Of a stretch of 64,000 nt of DNA, positions 62,500 through 64,000 are shown in pieces. Numbering within the stretch: position 1 is the stretch's first letter; every line of letters begins with the position of its first letter. This DNA is from Scyliorhinus canicula (lineage: Eukaryota). The notes under the pieces were generated by a model that was not told the DNA's origin, did not search any database, and saw nothing but the letters and a program-made list of their open reading frames with translations. A program made the position numbers and the translations under genes. Location: the NCBI RefSeq assembly GCF_902713615.1, contig NC_052151.1:66250375-66314374 (forward strand). The letters are read 5' to 3'.

Positions 62500-64000
62500 G
62501 TAACGGTTACTGATGGTTATCTGTATAGTATGTAAAAAGCTATTTGTTTGAAGTTTTGATGTTAAGCATTTCTTGTGAAGAAATTATATAAACATTGGAA
62601 AGAAACCTTCACTAGACTGAAGATTTTTATATCACCTGATAGTGAGACATCTAGTGTTGAATTGACTGTACTAGGTTTACATACATTAATCATGTATATT
62701 AATATACTGAGATCACTACATCCCCCTTTTTTAACATTTTCTTGCAAATATGGAAAGAAAATTTTACATATGAAATGCAGTGTATACATTGTATAGCAAT
62801 CACTAGAATTATGAAAAAGTTCACAAATTCAGACGATTGGGTCTTCTTCTCCTTGCCAATCTTCTTAATGTCAAAAGTGATGAAGAAGTTTAAATCTTTT
62901 TGTTGATCATCAAATTTGAATGCATTTGCTGTTCAATCTGATTTGAAATTGTTTGATTAAAGTCAAGATTAGGAAAAATCTTCGCAGTAGCTTTGACTTG
63001 AAGTAGATCTCTACGACTTCTTCTCAGAATGTTTCCATCTGAAGTTTTTATCAGATAAGATCTTGGAGAGAATTGCCTAATTATGGGAGCAATGTCAGAC
63101 CAACCTCCTTCAGGAAGTCTTAATCTAACAGTATCATTGTCAGATAGAGTAGACAATTCTTTTGAATATAAATCAAAATATTGCTTTTATTTCATTTTCT
63201 GTTGTTGAATTTTCTTCACAGTGCAATGTTGTTCAGGATCAGGAAAATGTGACTGAGGTAGAGCCGTTCTTAAATTCCTGTTGTATGACATTTGAGATGG
63301 AGATAATCCTGTTGCTAAAGGTGATGTCCAGTAATTGAGTAAAGCTAAATAAAAATCAGGGGCGGGATTCTCCGACCCCCCGCTGGGTTGGAGAATCGCC
63401 TGGGGCCGGCGTCAATCCCACACCTGCCATGTCCCTAAATCTCCGCCTCCCGAGATTCGGCGGGGGCGGGAATCGCGCCGCGCCGGTTGGCGGGCCCCCC
63501 GTGGCGATTCTCCGGCCTGCGATGGGCCGAGGTCCCGCCGTTGACGCGCCTCTCTTGCTGGCGTGGATTAAACCACCTACCTGACCGCCGGGATTGGTGG
63601 CACGGGCGGGCTCCGGGGTCCTGGAGGGGGCGCGGGTCGATCTGACAGCGGGGGGCTGCCCACACGGTGGCCTGGCCCGCGATCAGGGACCACCATGGTC
63701 TTCACCATGGTGGAAGCGGAAGAGACCCCCTCCCCTGCGCATGCGCCCGTATGATGTCAGCAGCCGGCCGGCGAACTCCTTTCGGCGTCAGCTGGCGTGG
63801 CGCCAAAGGCCATTCATGCCAGTCGGCGGAGTGGAAACCACTCCGGCGCAGGCCGAGCCCCTCAATGTGAGGGCTTGGCCCCAGAATTCCGCACCTTTGG
63901 GGTGGCCCGACGCCAGAGTGGTTCACACCACTCCAACATGCCGGGACCCCCCGCCCCGCCAGGTAGGGGAAAATCCCTGCCCAGATTGTGAATCTTTCGA
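62500..64000 (-). mobile_element. Gypsy LTR retrotransposon 3' part: integrase C-terminus, PPT, 3' LTR start
   Basis: DFYLALLNYWTSPL...SPSQM...RNLRTALP; PRSYLIKT..GNILRRSRRDL; PPT AAAAAAGGGGGA (62721-62732) followed by TGTAGTG LTR start at 62720. Confidence 0.85.
63360..63981. mobile_element. Harbinger-type MITE inserted in Gypsy integrase
   Basis: GGGCGGGATTCTCC left TIR; 3-bp TSD CAG; integrase frame continuous on removal. Confidence 0.85.

Noticed and set aside
1562-64000. The two Gypsy pieces (1562-2133 and 62500-64000) as ends of one element
   Set aside because: Both are on the minus strand but in the wrong order for a single copy

Overview
Vertebrate nuclear DNA, most likely a shark (elasmobranch; inferred from HE1/HER1-like SINE/CR1 pairs and abundant GC-rich PIF/Harbinger MITEs). 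It is intergenic or deep-intronic: I found no convincing host exon. Most of the window is a nested stack of transposon relics: CR1, L1, L2, tRNA-derived SINEs, Gypsy fragments, solo LTRs, Harbinger transposase/Myb genes and MITEs, and a Penelope-like palindrome with a hammerhead-ribozyme core. The standout is ~57600-59630, a non-TE, A/C-rich block whose frameshifted translation carries an ordered series of paramyxovirus-like motifs. These are a P gene (AAAAAGGGG/KKGT editing-site motif, end of the oligomerisation domain, XD-like IxKSS), a gene-end-like TTCAAGAAAAAA, and then a matrix (M)-like gene. The block is a candidate two-gene endogenous paramyxovirus-like element. It directly abuts an intronless, internally deleted TPR retrocopy. 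There is also a ~1.6 kb inverted segmental duplication (44370-45957 vs 49804-52408) with arm-specific later insertions. All protein similarities were judged by eye and need database confirmation; TE boundaries are approximate unless a TSD is quoted.
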